A DNA stretch of 26,261 nucleotides, taken from the NCBI GenBank assembly GCA_016793185.1, contig JAEUIK010000674.1, forward strand, positions 1-26,261, read 5' to 3'. Position numbers and translations under genes: made by a program. The first letter of the stretch is position 1. Every line of letters starts with the position of its first letter. The notes under the pieces were generated by a model. That model did not search any database. It worked only from the letters and a program-made list of their open reading frames with translations, and had not been told where the DNA came from. Source of the DNA: Planctomycetaceae bacterium. GTDB lineage: Bacteria > Planctomycetota > Planctomycetia > Pirellulales > JAEUIK01. Below are positions 25,490 through 26,261 of this stretch, piece after piece.

Positions 25490-26261
25490 ATGCCCAAGTA
25501 CGTCGTTCGCTGTGGCTCGACTCGCTCGCTCGGGGTTTTTGGAACCGCTCAGGGGGCCATTTATCGCCGGGGAGCGCGCGTCATCGCGCGCACCGACCGG
25601 GGACTCGAGGCGGGCGAGGTTCTCTGCGAAGCAACCGACGCGGCGGTCGGGTTTCTCGACGAACCAACCCGCGGACAGGTCCTCCGCGCGATGACCGGCG
25701 ACGATGAGAACGAGTTGTCGCGGATGCACGCGCAGGAGCGAGCCGAGTTCGAGAGTTGCCGCCGCCACATCGCAGCGCTCGAGCTGCCGATGGAACTGGT
25801 GGACGTCGAGCACCTGTTTGGCGGAGAGCGGATCGTCTTCTATTACCTGGCGGAGAACCGGGTCGATTTCCGCGAGTTGGTGAAGCTGTTGGCCGGCGAG
25901 TTCCAGACGCGGATCGAAATGCGGCAGATCGGCGTCCGCGACGAGGCCAAGCTGCTGGCCGATTACGGCGATTGCGGCAAGCCCGTCTGCTGCAATACGC
26001 ACTTGACCAAGATGCCCCCCGTTTCGATGCGCATGGCCAAGTTGCAAAAGGCGACCCTGGATCCGACGAAAATCTCCGGGCGCTGCGGGCGGCTGAAATG
26101 TTGTCTACGCTATGAGTTCGACACCTACGAGGAGTTGCAGAAGGAGCTGCCCCCGGTCAACGCTCAGGTGATCTCGTCCAAGGGACGAGGCCGGGTGCTC
26201 GGGCAGGAGATCCTTGCCGGCCAGGTCCTGCTTGAGATGGAGGATCATCGGCGGCTGCTGT
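25490..26261 (+). CDS. ricT: PSP1-domain protein RicT/YaaT, 3'-truncated by the window edge (absent from the ORF track)
   Basis: Hand translation from ATG 25490 gives MPKYVVRCG...VIARTDRGLEAGEV...RVDFRELVKLLAGEFQTRIEMRQIGVRDEAKLLADYGDCGKPVCC...KISGRCGRLKCCLRYE, with no stop before the window end. Confidence 0.9.
   Translation, partial: MPKYVVRCGSTRSLGVFGTAQGAIYRRGARVIARTDRGLEAGEVLCEATDAAVGFLDEPTRGQVLRAMTGDDENELSRMHAQERAEFESCRRHIAALELPMELVDVEHLFGGERIVFYYLAENRVDFRELVKLLAGEFQTRIEMRQIGVRDEAKLLADYGDCGKPVCCNTHLTKMPPVSMRMAKLQKATLDPTKISGRCGRLKCCLRYEFDTYEELQKELPPVNAQVISSKGRGRVLGQEILAGQVLLEMEDHRRLL

Noticed and set aside
25460-26115. Track ORFs 25460-26047 (-) and 25756-26115 (+)
   Set aside because: The real gene is the plus-strand ricT frame from 25490, which the track missed because it runs off the window.

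Overview
High-GC bacterial chromosome segment, very likely from a planctomycete: it has a DUF1549/DUF1553 + DUF1501 gene pair, a DUF1080 protein and a DUF58/BatA-vWA pair. I support about 22 CDSs and saw no rRNA, tRNA, CRISPR array, transposase or integrase. In order: partial DUF58 and BatA/vWA genes, SAM methyltransferase, calcineurin-like phosphoesterase, secreted double-nitrilase-domain hydrolase, PAS-GAF-receiver protein, small membrane proteins, hemW, DUF1549/1553 + DUF1501, MBL hydrolase, an orphan membrane protein flanked by REP-like palindromes, DUF1080, a small secreted protein, a six-gene operon (18868-25301) and a partial ricT/yaaT. The six-gene operon is the best candidate for an undescribed system. 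It looks like a remodelled PA4064-4066/ZrgBCD-type ABC module: ATPase, a MacB/FtsX-type permease with 29 His in an 84-residue periplasmic insert, two DUF3299-like proteins with a CCFG motif, and two paralogous exported proteins predicted to start with CPFC after signal cleavage. This suggests a periplasmic metal (Zn/Ni/Co/Cu) handling machine. All family calls come from motif recognition by eye, with no database searches, and several start codons were moved from the ORF track.
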